Origin: Eledone cirrhosa
Lineage: Eukaryota
Assembly: GCA_964016885.1 (NCBI GenBank)
Contig: OZ024758.1
Coordinates: 30,814,001 to 30,878,000, forward strand
Reading direction: 5' to 3'
Length of the DNA: 64,000 nt
Shown here: piece after piece, positions 1-10,889 of the stretch
Position numbering within the stretch: position 1 is the stretch's first letter
Layout: every line of letters begins with the position of its first letter
Notes under the pieces: model-generated
Seen by the model: the letters and a program-made list of their open reading frames with translations, nothing else
Databases searched by the model: none
What the model was told of the DNA's origin: nothing
Program-made: the position numbers and the translations under genes

Positions 1-13
1 TATAAATATACAT

Positions 14-44
<31 letters not shown>

Positions 45-155
45 CATATATATATATATATACACATATACATATATATATATAAATTATATAAATATAT
101 ATATATATTGATGAAAAAGAACAAAGGAACTATTATGACATTATAACAAGTTTAT

Positions 156-202
156 TGCCGACAGCCGTTTCGTCCGACCATATGGTGGGACTTTTCAAGG
201 CA
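156..202 (-). ncRNA. Type I hammerhead ribozyme, U3-A8 core variant
   Basis: Minus strand reads TGCC-TTGAAAA-GTCC(12 nt)GGAC-GAAAC-GGCT-GTC/GGCA, overlapping an AATAAA. Stems I and II pair, the triplet is GUC, and C3-G8 is replaced by U3-A8. Confidence 0.8.
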
Positions 203-525
203 TATAACAGGTAATTGTAAGTTCATTATTTTCATCAACGTTTCACTCAAGATTAGCAGTTTGAAATCGTGGTATACATCAACAGCTCAGCTTGTTTATC
301 TGGGGTCTATATTCTAAAGGGGCTCTTTTATATTAGTTGTAGGAGTTGTAAAAGGGATGGGTTGTAGGGAGTTAAGAGAATTTGAAAAGGGCCTAAAAGT
401 TAGGGATTGAAGGTTAAAAATTAAAGTTACACTGTAATTTAAGTTACACATCAAAAGTAAAAGACTTGGGATCTCTTACAAGCACCTTAAAAAATCCCTC
501 AATATATATATATTGAGGGATATGT

Positions 526-589
<64 letters not shown>

Positions 590-799
590 ACATAGATATA
601 TACCATAATAAAATACTTGGCACACTTTTCACCATCTTTTGATCTTATATTATATATATATAAGCAAAAGGGATATTTAATTTGTTGGTAAGTCAACAAA
701 TATAAATGTTTATAACAGATTCGAAGCACTCGACGGTTTTCTGGAGTATAATATCAATGATATTAATAAATGGAAGCTATATTTATAAAACCATATTTA

Positions 800-856
800 T
801 TCTATTATATATATTTCAAGGGTACCAAAACTTTGGTACGCTATCATCAGATAAAA
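800..856 (-). ncRNA. Type I hammerhead ribozyme
   Basis: TTTTAT-CTGATGA-stem II GTACCAAA/TTTGGTAC-GAAAT-ATAT-ATA/ATAGAA. Confidence 0.75.
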
Positions 857-889
857 TACAAAGTTTGTTTCATAAATATATATATATAA

Positions 890-969
<80 letters not shown>

Positions 970-1010
970 GATATTAAACAAATGGAAACTATATTTATAA
1001 AACCATATTT

Positions 1011-1074
1011 ATTTCATTATACATATTTCAGGGATACCATATTAAAAATATGGCATGCCTTCTTCAGATAAAAT
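1011..1074 (-). ncRNA. Type I hammerhead ribozyme
   Basis: ATTTTAT-CTGAAGA-AGGCATGCCATATT...AATATGGTATCCCT-GAAAT-ATGT-ATA/ATGAAAT. Confidence 0.75.
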
Positions 1075-1187
1075 ACAATATATAAGCAGTTTTATAAATA
1101 AATTTGACGTACCATAAAATATTGATCAACTTCCATTTAAAAAAAGTTGGTTTGGTAGTATAAAAGTTGGTAGCATAAAAGTACGTT

Positions 1188-1232
<45 letters not shown>

Positions 1233-1326
1233 ATATCCAGGAAGAAGATCTTAACGGTTCATGTTTTTCCTGAACCGTTAAGATCTCCTTCCTGGATATG
1301 TCAATATTCATAAAACAAACTTTGTA

Positions 1327-1383
1327 TTTTATCTGATGAGAGTGTACCAAAGTTTTGGTACCCTTGAAATATATATAATAGAA
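1327..1383 (+). ncRNA. Type I hammerhead ribozyme (inverted copy of 800-856)
   Basis: CTGATGA at 1333-1339, GTACCAAA/TTTGGTAC stem II, GAAA at 1366-1369, ATA triplet, stem I TTTTAT/ATAGAA. Confidence 0.75.
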
Positions 1384-1444
1384 TAAATATGGTTTTATAA
1401 ATATAGTTTCCATTTATTAATATCATTGATATATATATCTATCT

Positions 1445-2363
1445 AGGGCGGGTAAAATTCCCGAGTTCTCTCCAGCGGTCTCTGTCCCTCATTATCGCTG
1501 CCATATCCTGCGTCTCCAACAGACCAGTGTCTGTCCTTAGCGCATCAACTTACGTTAACCTTGGTCTTCCGCTTACAGTGTGTCCATGTAGGGGCTCCCA
1601 CAGTAGCACTGAGTGCAATGTCAACTCTGGATGTCGGTGAGCATGTCCAGCTAACCTCAATCTCCTCTGTGTCACTTTTGAGCTGACTCTTGGGAGGCTC
1701 CGATACAGCTCTGAGTTGTTCATCCTCAGTGTATACTGAGTAATGTTCAGAGCCATCCTCAGCATTCTCGTGTAGCACCCATCCACCATCTGAGTGAGTT
1801 TCTTGGTCAGTGTCCAAGTCTCAGGCCGTACAGTAGCACAGACCCCACTACAGCAATGAAGAGGCGGACCTTCAGGTCTTCCCGAAGGTCCGACTTCCAC
1901 ACCGATCTCAAGCTGTGGCACGCCGCCCAGGCTTTGATCTTCCTCTCAACCAGATCATCTTCCGTATTCCCAATCTTTGCTCCCAAATACAGGAAGTCCT
2001 CAACCAATTCTAGCGGCTTGCCGCCTACATTAGTGATCCCCAATGGCCTCTCAACATTCTCTACCAGATATTTTGTTTACACCTGACGGGATGACAGAGT
2101 TCTTTGAGATACTGGCTGGAGTGCTCCACGGAGATACATTGGCTCCCTACCTTTTTATCATCGTATGGGCCTTGCACTGGAGAAACACCAGGACTCTGGC
2201 TTTACTGTAGCACCGACTGAGAGCAGGAGAGTTAAGGCGAAAAAGATATCAGATGCTGAATTTGCCGACGACATAGTCTTGGTGACAAATACAGTGAAGG
2301 AGGCAGAGGATTTGATGCAGGAGGTTGAGACTGTGTCGATGAGTGTGGGGCTGAGAATGAATG

Positions 2364-2365
<2 letters not shown>
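1445..2365 (-). mobile_element. RTE-clade LINE 3' fragment with inverted 5' segment (2081-2365 on +)
   Basis: Minus ORFs encode VEDFLYLG, VLLYG(S)ETWTLTKK and RRLRLAGH (RTE RT C-terminus). The plus segment encodes RT motifs GDTLAPYLF and EFADDI. Both ends abut (TA)n. Confidence 0.9.
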
Positions 2366-2427
<62 letters not shown>

Positions 2428-2428
<1 letters not shown>

Positions 2429-2772
2429 AGTATGTACACGTACATACATATATGTATACAGTAGTATGTATATATATATACATACATGCACACATATATA
2501 TATGCACGCATGGACTCACCGAACATTTATTATAATGCTCGGTGTGTTTGTAAACAAACATCCCGTATTAAGCCATAGTGTCTAGCAACCATCGTTCAAC
2601 ACTGACAAAGGAACGCTGTACTAGTTTCAAGCTTATTAGTTATCGTCAGCAACGTATACCTTCCTGCCAAATTGTTGAACGTATATACTTACCTTATGCC
2701 TATTAACGGCTGAGTAGCCCCATTTGCATATCGAGTGGGTTAATCGGCCGGGTGCACCGAAAACGATAAACT
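2428..2772 (-). mobile_element. Non-autonomous HHR element (ACTAGT family), partial unit
   Basis: Homologous to 13712-14085 and 34015-34345; carries the HHR at 2613-2655. Confidence 0.75.
2613..2655 (-). ncRNA. Minimal type I hammerhead ribozyme
   Basis: ACGTTG-CTGACGA-TAACTAATAAGCTT-GAAAC-TA-GTA/CAGCGT; stem III is the palindrome ACTAGT. Confidence 0.75.
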
Positions 2773-3208
2773 GTAAAGGGACGTAACTATGCTAGAAAGC
2801 ATGGTGTCTGACGCTCTACCGATTCTGTCAATCTACCACCTTAGACAAATAATGTTAGGCTTCTGGTAAGATGATTGAACAAGGAAGTCACTTTCTCAAC
2901 AGGTTTTAGTTCAAGTGCCAGGCAAGGAATGACCGTTACCGATACCCACGTGGGGCTCTACAAGGGAGGCAACCCTTATTTTTGACGGATGAAATTCAGT
3001 ATGTGTATATTATTGCAAAAATGCAAAATATCACAAAACGAATTAGGCTCTCAACAGAATGGTTATAAGTTAACAAAAGCTATTCATCAGTCAATAGAAT
3101 CAACTAAAAAAATCAAGAAAATTAACTGGTCAATAGCTAGACTCTGGAGATTAATACAAATATAAATTAGCGAGAATCGTATTTCGGCTTTGGAATTAGC
3201 GAAAAACG

Positions 3209-3264
<56 letters not shown>

Positions 3265-3333
3265 TATGAAGAGAGAAGAAACATTTAGATATAATTAGTA
3301 ATAAAATGTATCATACCTAAACTGCTCCTAGAT

Positions 3334-3423
3334 TCCTCGACTACGTAGTTTCGTGGCATAAACAAAAACAATACATCATAAAGATATAGAGTCCTTGCGA
3401 GGTCTGCCGACTTATCAAGAGGA
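3334..3423 (-). ncRNA. Type I hammerhead ribozyme, U3-A8 variant with long stem II
   Basis: TCCTC-TTGATAA-GTCGGCA...TGCCAC-GAAAC-TACGTA-GTC/GAGGA. Confidence 0.8.
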
Positions 3424-3926
3424 TACCTCATTTTACTAGTCTCAAGAACGCGTCTACACGACGTGAGAAAGAATCCCAAAAGGCGGAGGGGGAGATAGTC
3501 ACGCGATATAACGGTCGAGAAACAGAGCTAAGCCTCTTATAACCCCGAAGAAAATACCACGGAGGCGGAGGGGGTATTTATATCGAAGCCGTAGAAGAGG
3601 TGGTGAAGGAGGCGAGAAGTATGAGTAATGGGAGCTTTCCAGCAGTCCCCACACTTCAAAGATTGCTCGACCAGAGGGAGTTATTAACAATATATTTAGA
3701 AACACACAGATACATGCGGACACACACATATACATGAATGCATCCGCACCCAACCGTGAGTTAAGGGTGCCAACTTCACCGATGTTGCTCAATGAATGAC
3801 TGGGACAGACCAATCCGGTTGAACTAGACTGAACCAGTATCAGAGTTAAAAATACATTATGAAGAGAGAAGAAAAATTTAGATATAATTAGTAATAAAAT
3901 GTATCATACCTAAACTGCTCCTAGAT

Positions 3927-4016
3927 TCCTCGACTACGTAGTTTCGTGGCATAAACAAAAACAATACATCATAAAGATATAGAGTCCTTGCGAGGTCTGC
4001 CGACTTATCAAGAGGA
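3927..4016 (-). ncRNA. Type I hammerhead ribozyme, U3-A8 variant (second unit)
   Basis: Same sequence as 3334-3423. Confidence 0.8.
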
Positions 4017-4162
4017 TACCTCATTTTACTAGTCTCAAGAACGCGTCGTGTCATTCATTGAGCAACATCGGTGAAGTTGGCACCCTTAACTCACGGTTGG
4101 GTGCGGATGCATTCATGTATATGTGTGTCCCCGCATGTATCTGTGTGTTTCTAAATATATTG

Positions 4163-4231
<69 letters not shown>

Positions 4232-4234
<3 letters not shown>

Positions 4235-4540
4235 CGAAGGAGGTGTGGTAAGGAATCAGATGGACCATAACGCACCAGAATACTCAATACTTAGGGTAGT
4301 AGAGTGGGAATAGGAAAAAGTATGACCCCGACGGCAGAGCTCAAGCCGTTTCGACAGATATTTCTGGAACTCTTATTTTTTTTTTTTTGCGGAAAGGGAT
4401 TCTGGAGAAAATAGAGGGGGGACGTTATAGAGTAGGTTAATCAATTCAGATTAGAAAATAATAAATAAATTAAAAAAATAGTCCAGAAATAGCCGCCGAA
4501 ACGGCTTGAGCTCGGCCATCGGGGTCAAACATTTTCCTAT
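4232..4540. mobile_element. Fold-back 3'-end element family A (half hammerhead GAAACGGC..GCCGTC/GGGG)
   Basis: Same ~130-bp terminus as 5937-6112, 6947-7095, 12475-12662, 50131-50296 and 53971-54138, followed by an inverted short arm; flanked by (TA)n. Confidence 0.75.
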
Positions 4541-4591
4541 ATATATATAGGTTTGGATTCTGTCGATCGATTGGTTATTGATTAGGCGATA

Positions 4592-4701
4592 TCCGCTGAT
4601 GAAGTCGCATAAGCCGATTGTGCATTGTTGCATAATATATGCAGACGGATGGTGCAGTGCACCTTACTGCGGCATTAGTGTGGCCGAAACTCGAGTCCGG
4701 G
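4592..4701 (+). ncRNA. Type I hammerhead ribozyme with ~83-nt extended stem II
   Basis: TCCG-CTGATGA (4596-4602)-AGTCGCATAAGCCG...CGGCATTAGTGTGGCC-GAAAC-TCGA-GTC/CGGG; inner helices GTGCATTGT/GCAGTGCAC and TGCATA/TATGCA. Confidence 0.7.
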
Positions 4702-4864
4702 AACTATTATAGGCACCCGTTTTACATGTGTTGTATTGAAGCGAATAACTATTTGTATACTCTGGGAATGTATCTTACATTACCTATTGAGTACGCTGAG
4801 ATACAACCGGTCCTGGCATTGATAAATATGCTGGGTCCGTCAACTCCTTATTATATATATATAA

Positions 4865-5105
4865 AATATAAAACGAAAAATCAGTGATGCATCTGAACTC
4901 AATTTATTGTGTGTTACAATTGTTTCGCCGGCAGACAGCTCGAGACACGATCATTGTATGGATCTGTCTGATTCTGGACCAGATTTCTAGGTCCAGAATC
5001 AGACAGATCCATACAATGACCGTGTCTCGAGCTGTCTGCCGGCGAAACAATTGTAACACACAATAAATTGAGTTCAGATGCATCACTGATTTTTCGTTTT
5101 ATATT
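4865..5105. repeat. Near-perfect inverted repeat (116-bp arms, 9-bp spacer) carrying a core-deleted hammerhead in each arm
   Basis: Arms 4865-4980 and 4990-5105. 5022-5059 reads GTGT-CTCGA-GCTG..CGGC-GAAAC-AATT-GTA/ACAC. Confidence 0.9.
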
Positions 5106-5182
5106 ATATCACACTCTGCTCTGTAAGAACACAGAGTGCTCAACCGGCATACCGCCTATAGAAGCATCATAGCTACCATCAG

Positions 5183-5225
<43 letters not shown>

Positions 5226-5228
5226 CAT

Positions 5229-5601
5229 ATAAATTAATAAAAACAATGGATAAAAACACAGAAACAATTCCTTATATTAAAAAATTCATCATTTTACGAT
5301 CGTTTCTAGGATATATATGTGTGTGTTGGTATGTATATCATATAGATCTATGTAAACATTTTACAAATTATCAGAGGCAATATACATACCTACACATATA
5401 TATGCTGTCTTCAGAAATAATTTATGAAGACAGCATATAGGTATGTATATTCCCTCTGATAGTTTGTAAAATTTTAACATAGATCTATATGATATACATA
5501 CCAACACACACATATATATCCTAGAAACGATCGTAAAATGAAGAATTTTTTAATATAAGGAACTGTTTCTTTGTTTTTATTCATTGTTTTTATTAATTTA
5601 T
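5229..5601. repeat. Fold-back inverted repeat (~180-bp arms)
   Basis: 5229-5412 is complementary to 5425-5601, with a few mismatches and an indel. Confidence 0.85.
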
Positions 5602-5725
5602 CTTGACTCTGTTTTCCTGTGATTTTCATCGAAAAAAATTGTTGAATACATCTTCTCTTTTCATGATATTTGGATTACATTGAGTTCTCCATACGGATTG
5701 GACACTACCGTATATTTTGGTAGAT

Positions 5726-5831
<106 letters not shown>

Positions 5832-5897
5832 AGGGGGAGAGGTTATGCGTGCGTTTAATAGACGTTTAAATTGCTAAATGTGTGCATATATACATAC

Positions 5898-5936
<39 letters not shown>

Positions 5937-5940
<4 letters not shown>

Positions 5941-6112
5941 AACGAGTAGGACCCCGACGGTTGAGCTCACTGAATCCAGAATTAGCCGTCGAAACGGCTT
6001 GAGCTCAGCCGTCGGGGTCCTACTCGTTCCTATTACTCACTCTACTACCCTAGGTATTGAGTACTTTGGTGCGTTATGGTCCATCTGGTTCCTTACCACA
6101 TTTCCTTCGTTA
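5937..6112 (+). mobile_element. Family A fold-back element
   Basis: The short inverted arm 5937-5969 pairs with 6000-6032; the family A terminus runs to the (TA)n tract. Confidence 0.75.
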
Positions 6113-6132
6113 TATATATATATATATATATA

Positions 6133-6202
<70 letters not shown>

Positions 6203-6695
6203 TGATAGATGTTCAAGTCGTATAGAAAATATTGGTAAGGAGTGATGTTGGTGTATTTGTGGGAAGAATGGTTGCTCAAATTTTTTAATCTGCGATTTGC
6301 GGGATGATACTTAATCGGTTTATGAAAATACTGAGCTGCATTTACTTGAGTGAAAATAGTAAACAGCCTGCGGTTTCAGAGGGACAGAAGCAGTTATGGT
6401 GCAGATAGAAGGGGAAACAAGAGGAAGCCTAGCTGTTGTAATGGGAAATTCAAGTAATATTTACTAATCAGCTCTCTGTTTTGAGATGTATCAGTAGCTT
6501 CACTCCAAAAATTTGGCTACTAATACTCACATACTTACACACATAAATACATACATACTTACATACATATATGTGTGTATTTGTGTATGTTTATGTATAT
6601 TGAAGTATTTCCCTAGGAAAGGTAAAGGAAAAGAGAGTGCTCTATGTAGGCTACAGAGCTTTTTAGTTAAGTAATAAACAGCATTAGATAATTAT

Positions 6696-6752
6696 TTCAT
6701 TTACCAAAGGTTTCACGAAGACAGACGAGCTTGGCACAATCATCAGAATGAA
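6696..6752 (-). ncRNA. Probable type I hammerhead ribozyme (weak stem II)
   Basis: TTCATT-CTGATGA-25 nt-GAAACC-TTT-GGTA/AATGAA; stems I and III pair, stem II is poorly paired. Confidence 0.5.
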
Positions 6753-6757
6753 TTTTA

Positions 6758-7095
<338 letters not shown>

Positions 7096-7264
7096 CATAT
7101 GTATATATAGTTATACTTTGGGAGGGTCATATTGCCAATAAAAAACATACGCACCTGTTTGTTTAATATATATATATAGTTACATATATATATAGTGACA
7201 TATACAGGTACTTAAGTTCGTTGGATTAAGCACCCCAACACATTCAGCCTCTGAGGGTTGCTTA

Positions 7265-7318
7265 TGACAAGCTGAGTGAGTTGGGGTCCAGAACCCAACG
7301 AAACTTATGTACCTGTCA
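7265..7318 (+). ncRNA. Type I hammerhead ribozyme with 1-nt core insertion (CUGAGUGA)
   Basis: TGACAAG-CTGAGTGA-GTTGGG(8 nt)CCCAAC-GAAAC-TTAT-GTA/CCTGTCA; diverged inverted copy at about 7204-7248. Confidence 0.65.
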
Positions 7319-7397
7319 CTGTTGTAACTATTTATACTAAACTCGTCTTATGGACTGAGTGATCTTACCCTTGTTTATTTCTACCAAATCTACCTCA

Positions 7398-7480
<83 letters not shown>

Positions 7481-7610
7481 GAGGTTATATTTAATTTGTT
7501 GGGATTCAAAAGCTTAAACATTTTTATGACTGATATAAAGCACTCAACAAGTTAGTGGAGTAAATACACAATATATTAATAAATGGAAACTATATTTATA
7601 AAACCATAAT

Positions 7611-7676
7611 TATTTTATTATATATATTTCAAGGGCGACCAAGATAAATTATGGTGCGCTTTCATCAGATAAAATA
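7611..7676 (-). ncRNA. Type I hammerhead ribozyme in the PLE 3' pLTR
   Basis: TATTTTAT-CTGATGA-AAGCGCACCA...TGGTCGCCCTT-GAAAT-ATAT-ATA/ATAAAATA (8-bp stem I). Confidence 0.8.
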
Positions 7677-9211
7677 CAAATTTGTTTTATAAATAAATAT
7701 TGACATACCCGGAAAAAATACAACCTCAACGGTTGAAATTTGCTGGATGGTGGAGATAATTGAGGGTGGAGATAATTAGTGAGTGAGTATGCAAATGAGT
7801 GTCGGAAAAATTGAAAAGAACAACGGTTTATTTAAATTAAACTGCTGGAAGAAAATAGATGTAATAGGGAGGGAGACAAAATAGATGTAAAAAGGAGAGA
7901 GACAATAAATTGAGAGGGAGAGAGATAAAGAGAATAGATAAAGAGAATAGAAAGAGAAAGAGAGAGATAGAAGAAAAAGAGAAAAAGAGAAAAAGAGAAA
8001 AAATATAATATTGAGAGAGAGTGAAGAAAGAACAAATAATTGAGATGGGGAGAGAAAGAAAAAAGTATTGTGCGGGAGAGAGAAATGAATGTTGAAAAAA
8101 TATTGGAATAAAGAGCGAGAAAAAAATAGTGAGAGGGAGGGAGAGGAAAAAGAAAGAAGGGCCAAGTGAGACAAGAAATAAATTTCTATAGATGAGTAGT
8201 CACAATGTAAACATATTATTCGTTATGTTGTGTTTTTATTACGTTCAATTATTGATACGAAAACTTTACAAAAGAGTATTGTTATAATTTAGTTAAAAAT
8301 TTATCCAGAAATTTAATTAAAATTTAATCAGAATTTAATTAAAATTTAAATAGTTACAATAAGATATATTACAAAAAGAAGTATTTAAAATTTATTAAGA
8401 TGTATTAATACTATATATGATTAGATGGGTATTTCATGTTATAGGTTATAAAATATTTGAATGTATAATATTTTGCATTGGAAAAAAAACAAGTATAGTT
8501 TAATTGATTAAAGTAAGTTTGGCAAAATTATATTTAGCCAGAGTTTATTAATAGTTTAAGTCAAATTTTAAACATTTATGAAGATTTACGAGAGTTTAGA
8601 AAGGAAAAATAATTTAATTATTTAAACAGTTTACAGTTTCGACTATAAATTAAGACTATAAAGATTGAGATAATAAATACAATAAGAAGGTTTAAAGGAA
8701 GTTAAAACGGGATTTTTTTATAACCCAAATGATTCAAGGATAGATAAAAATCACTATGAAAGTTATAAGAAGTTATAAAAATTCATCTTAAGATATAATT
8801 AAGATATGATTAAAATATAAGACATAATTAGCGTACATATATATAAAAATGATTGAAAATACATAAGTAATAAAAATGGTTGGATATATAAGAAAATACA
8901 TAAGTATTAAGCATGTTTATAATGAATACGGGTAATGGAAATTCATATCATTCAAAAGAACCTTTCAGAAATTTTACAAAAATTCCCAGGAGGTGTTTCG
9001 AAGGAAATTTTTAGAATTTTTCAAAATATTTTCATTCAAAAATTTCTGGTGAGTGCGATAATATAATTATTGGTTTTAAGGAGTAAATTAAAATTAAAAT
9101 TAATAAGTGTACTTTATATATTTAGGAAGGTTAGAATCTATATAATCTGAGGGAAGAGATTATAGGTGTTTGGATTGAGGAAACCGTTTTGTAAGGAAGA
9201 ATGAACATATA

Positions 9212-9625
9212 TTACATTTTATATATATATCTAAAAGTTGAGTTTAACCGATGTTTACAAGAACTAAATAAATTATTCCGCAAATTAACAGAGTTCTTAG
9301 ATTTTAGTATAAAGAATATTTCCTCTACACCAAGACTACAAAAATTGGATAAACCTGTGTAGCATGGTGCTTTGGAGACAATTTTCCAAAATAAAGAGTA
9401 TTTTATATTCTTGGATTTTAAATTCCATAATAAGTTGGATAGAGAAGTTGAAGATTTCTTGTTAATATTCGTAAAGGAACATTTATGGTTATTGAAACGA
9501 GATTTGAAGTCTGTCGAAGTAGAGCCGACATAGTTGAAGGAATTGGTTTTGACATTACAATTGTATATTATATTTTTAACTAAACAGTTATTATTTAGAG
9601 GACAGTTAGATTTATTTCTACAGTT
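9212..9625 (-). pseudogene. PLE GIY-YIG endonuclease domain (fragment)
   Basis: SNCRNKSNCPLNNNCLVKNIIYNCNV...YVGSTSTDFKSRFNNHKCSF...LSNLLWNLK...CSL..EE...CKHR. The first ~80 aa of the track ORF come from an unrelated insertion. Confidence 0.85.
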
Positions 9626-9639
9626 AGATTTATATATAT

Positions 9640-9880
9640 ATAGAAAAAAAGATGAAATCGAAAATGCAACTGGAGTCTTATTTAAAAAAATGTATATATA
9701 TTTATTTGGTTCCTTTACCGGTTTCGCAGTTCTTCTGCTTTTCAAAAGTAGAGTTGAGATGGAGGGTCTGTGGTTTTTCTTACATCTGGTTGGTCTTTGA
9801 ACGTTACTTGTTTTATATGGAAAAAAAGTGGCTCGAAACCCCAGGTTTTTAGAGAAGTAATTTGATTGGTTGGTCAATAA
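9640..9880 (-). mobile_element. Non-autonomous HHR element (ACCGGT family)
   Basis: Reverse complement of 57328-57565; partial copy at 50315-50395. Confidence 0.75.
9713..9748 (-). ncRNA. Minimal type I hammerhead ribozyme, U3-A8 variant
   Basis: CTT-TTGAAAA-GCAG(AAGAA)CTGC-GAAAC-CG-GTA/AAG; stem III is the palindrome ACCGGT. Confidence 0.7.
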
Positions 9881-10259
9881 GTATAATAAATTTCACGCCA
9901 GTTCGCGTTACAAAGTTCTTCAAACAGGGGGGGGGGGGGATCAGGTTGTTTTTTCATATATGAGTGTTTGAATTTCTTTTTACTTAAAAAAGGGGCTAAC
10001 GAAGGCTTTTTAAAAAAAAATGTAATTTGATTGGTTATAAATGAAATTATTGGTGTCACGTGAACATGTTCATTAAATTTCGTGCCCGTATTTGGGAATA
10101 TATTTTGTAGCCTTTTAGAGAATTTTATGACAAGCAAAAGAATGGTCAAGAGAAATGGGATGGGAGAATTGTTCTGGTTCAGTGAGTATGGCTAGTTCGC
10201 TGGGGTGTCAGAGTTCAGATTTTCTATTGAAATAAAGAAAGTAGACATGTATGTTTATT

Positions 10260-10301
<42 letters not shown>

Positions 10302-10889
10302 GGAAGATGATTCTATTGGTAGAAATGGGGGAGGGAGTTGCGCGTGTGTGTATATGGATGTTATGTGTGTGTGTGGGGGGGGGGGTATGTTAAGATGGAG
10401 ATAATATATATATTTTGTGTGTGTGTAGGAAAGTGATTCTATTAGTAGAAATGGGGGAGGGAGTTGTGCGTGTGTGTGTGTGTGTGTGTGGGGGGGGGGG
10501 GCTATGTGTGTGTGTATGGGTGTTATGTGTGTGTGGGAGTATGGTTAGCATGTTAAGATGAAGAGAATATATATTTTGTGTGTGTGTGTGTGTGTGTGTA
10601 TGTGTTTGTAGGAAAATGATTCCGTTAGTAGGAATATTTTTGAATGAACATATTTTCCTTACTTATTCGTATTTGTTCTGTTGTATTGTCAGCGCAAACG
10701 TATGTTAAGTTTTATTTAGTTCGGGTTTTTATTTTCTAAAGTAGAAGGTATTATGTGTGTGTGTGTATGTGTCTGTTTGGATGGTTAGCATGTTATGGTG
10801 TTGACATAATGTATATTAAACCATATTTAATGCTGGTCTATATTTTTGAATAAATATATTTTCCTTATTTATTCGTATTTGTTCTGTTG

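Larger units (their letters stand above)
661..1430. mobile_element. PLE-like 3'-end (pLTR) fragments of one HHR family, in direct and inverted copies split by (TA)n tracts
   Basis: 749-872 is the near reverse complement of 1307-1430. 970-1110 is a diverged copy. The same family forms the 3' end of the PLE at 7478-9630. Confidence 0.7.
3262..4165 (-). mobile_element. Retrozyme/pLTR-like element: 593-bp unit plus partial second unit plus inverted segment, flanked by (TA)n
   Basis: 3261-3453 is repeated at 3854-4046 (offset 593). 4051-4165 is the reverse complement of about 3685-3797. One HHR per unit; no credible ORF. Confidence 0.8.
7478..9630 (-). mobile_element. 5'-truncated Penelope-like retroelement (GIY-YIG C-terminus, ~1.5-kb 3' region, HHR near the 3' end)
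   Basis: GIY-YIG peptide at 9212-9625, HHR at 7611-7676, both ends in TA tracts. Confidence 0.8.

Noticed and set aside
9626-9877. N-terminal part of the 221-aa ORF as a real protein extension
   Set aside because: It derives from a separate non-coding HHR element and a TA tract fused in frame to the endonuclease remnant.
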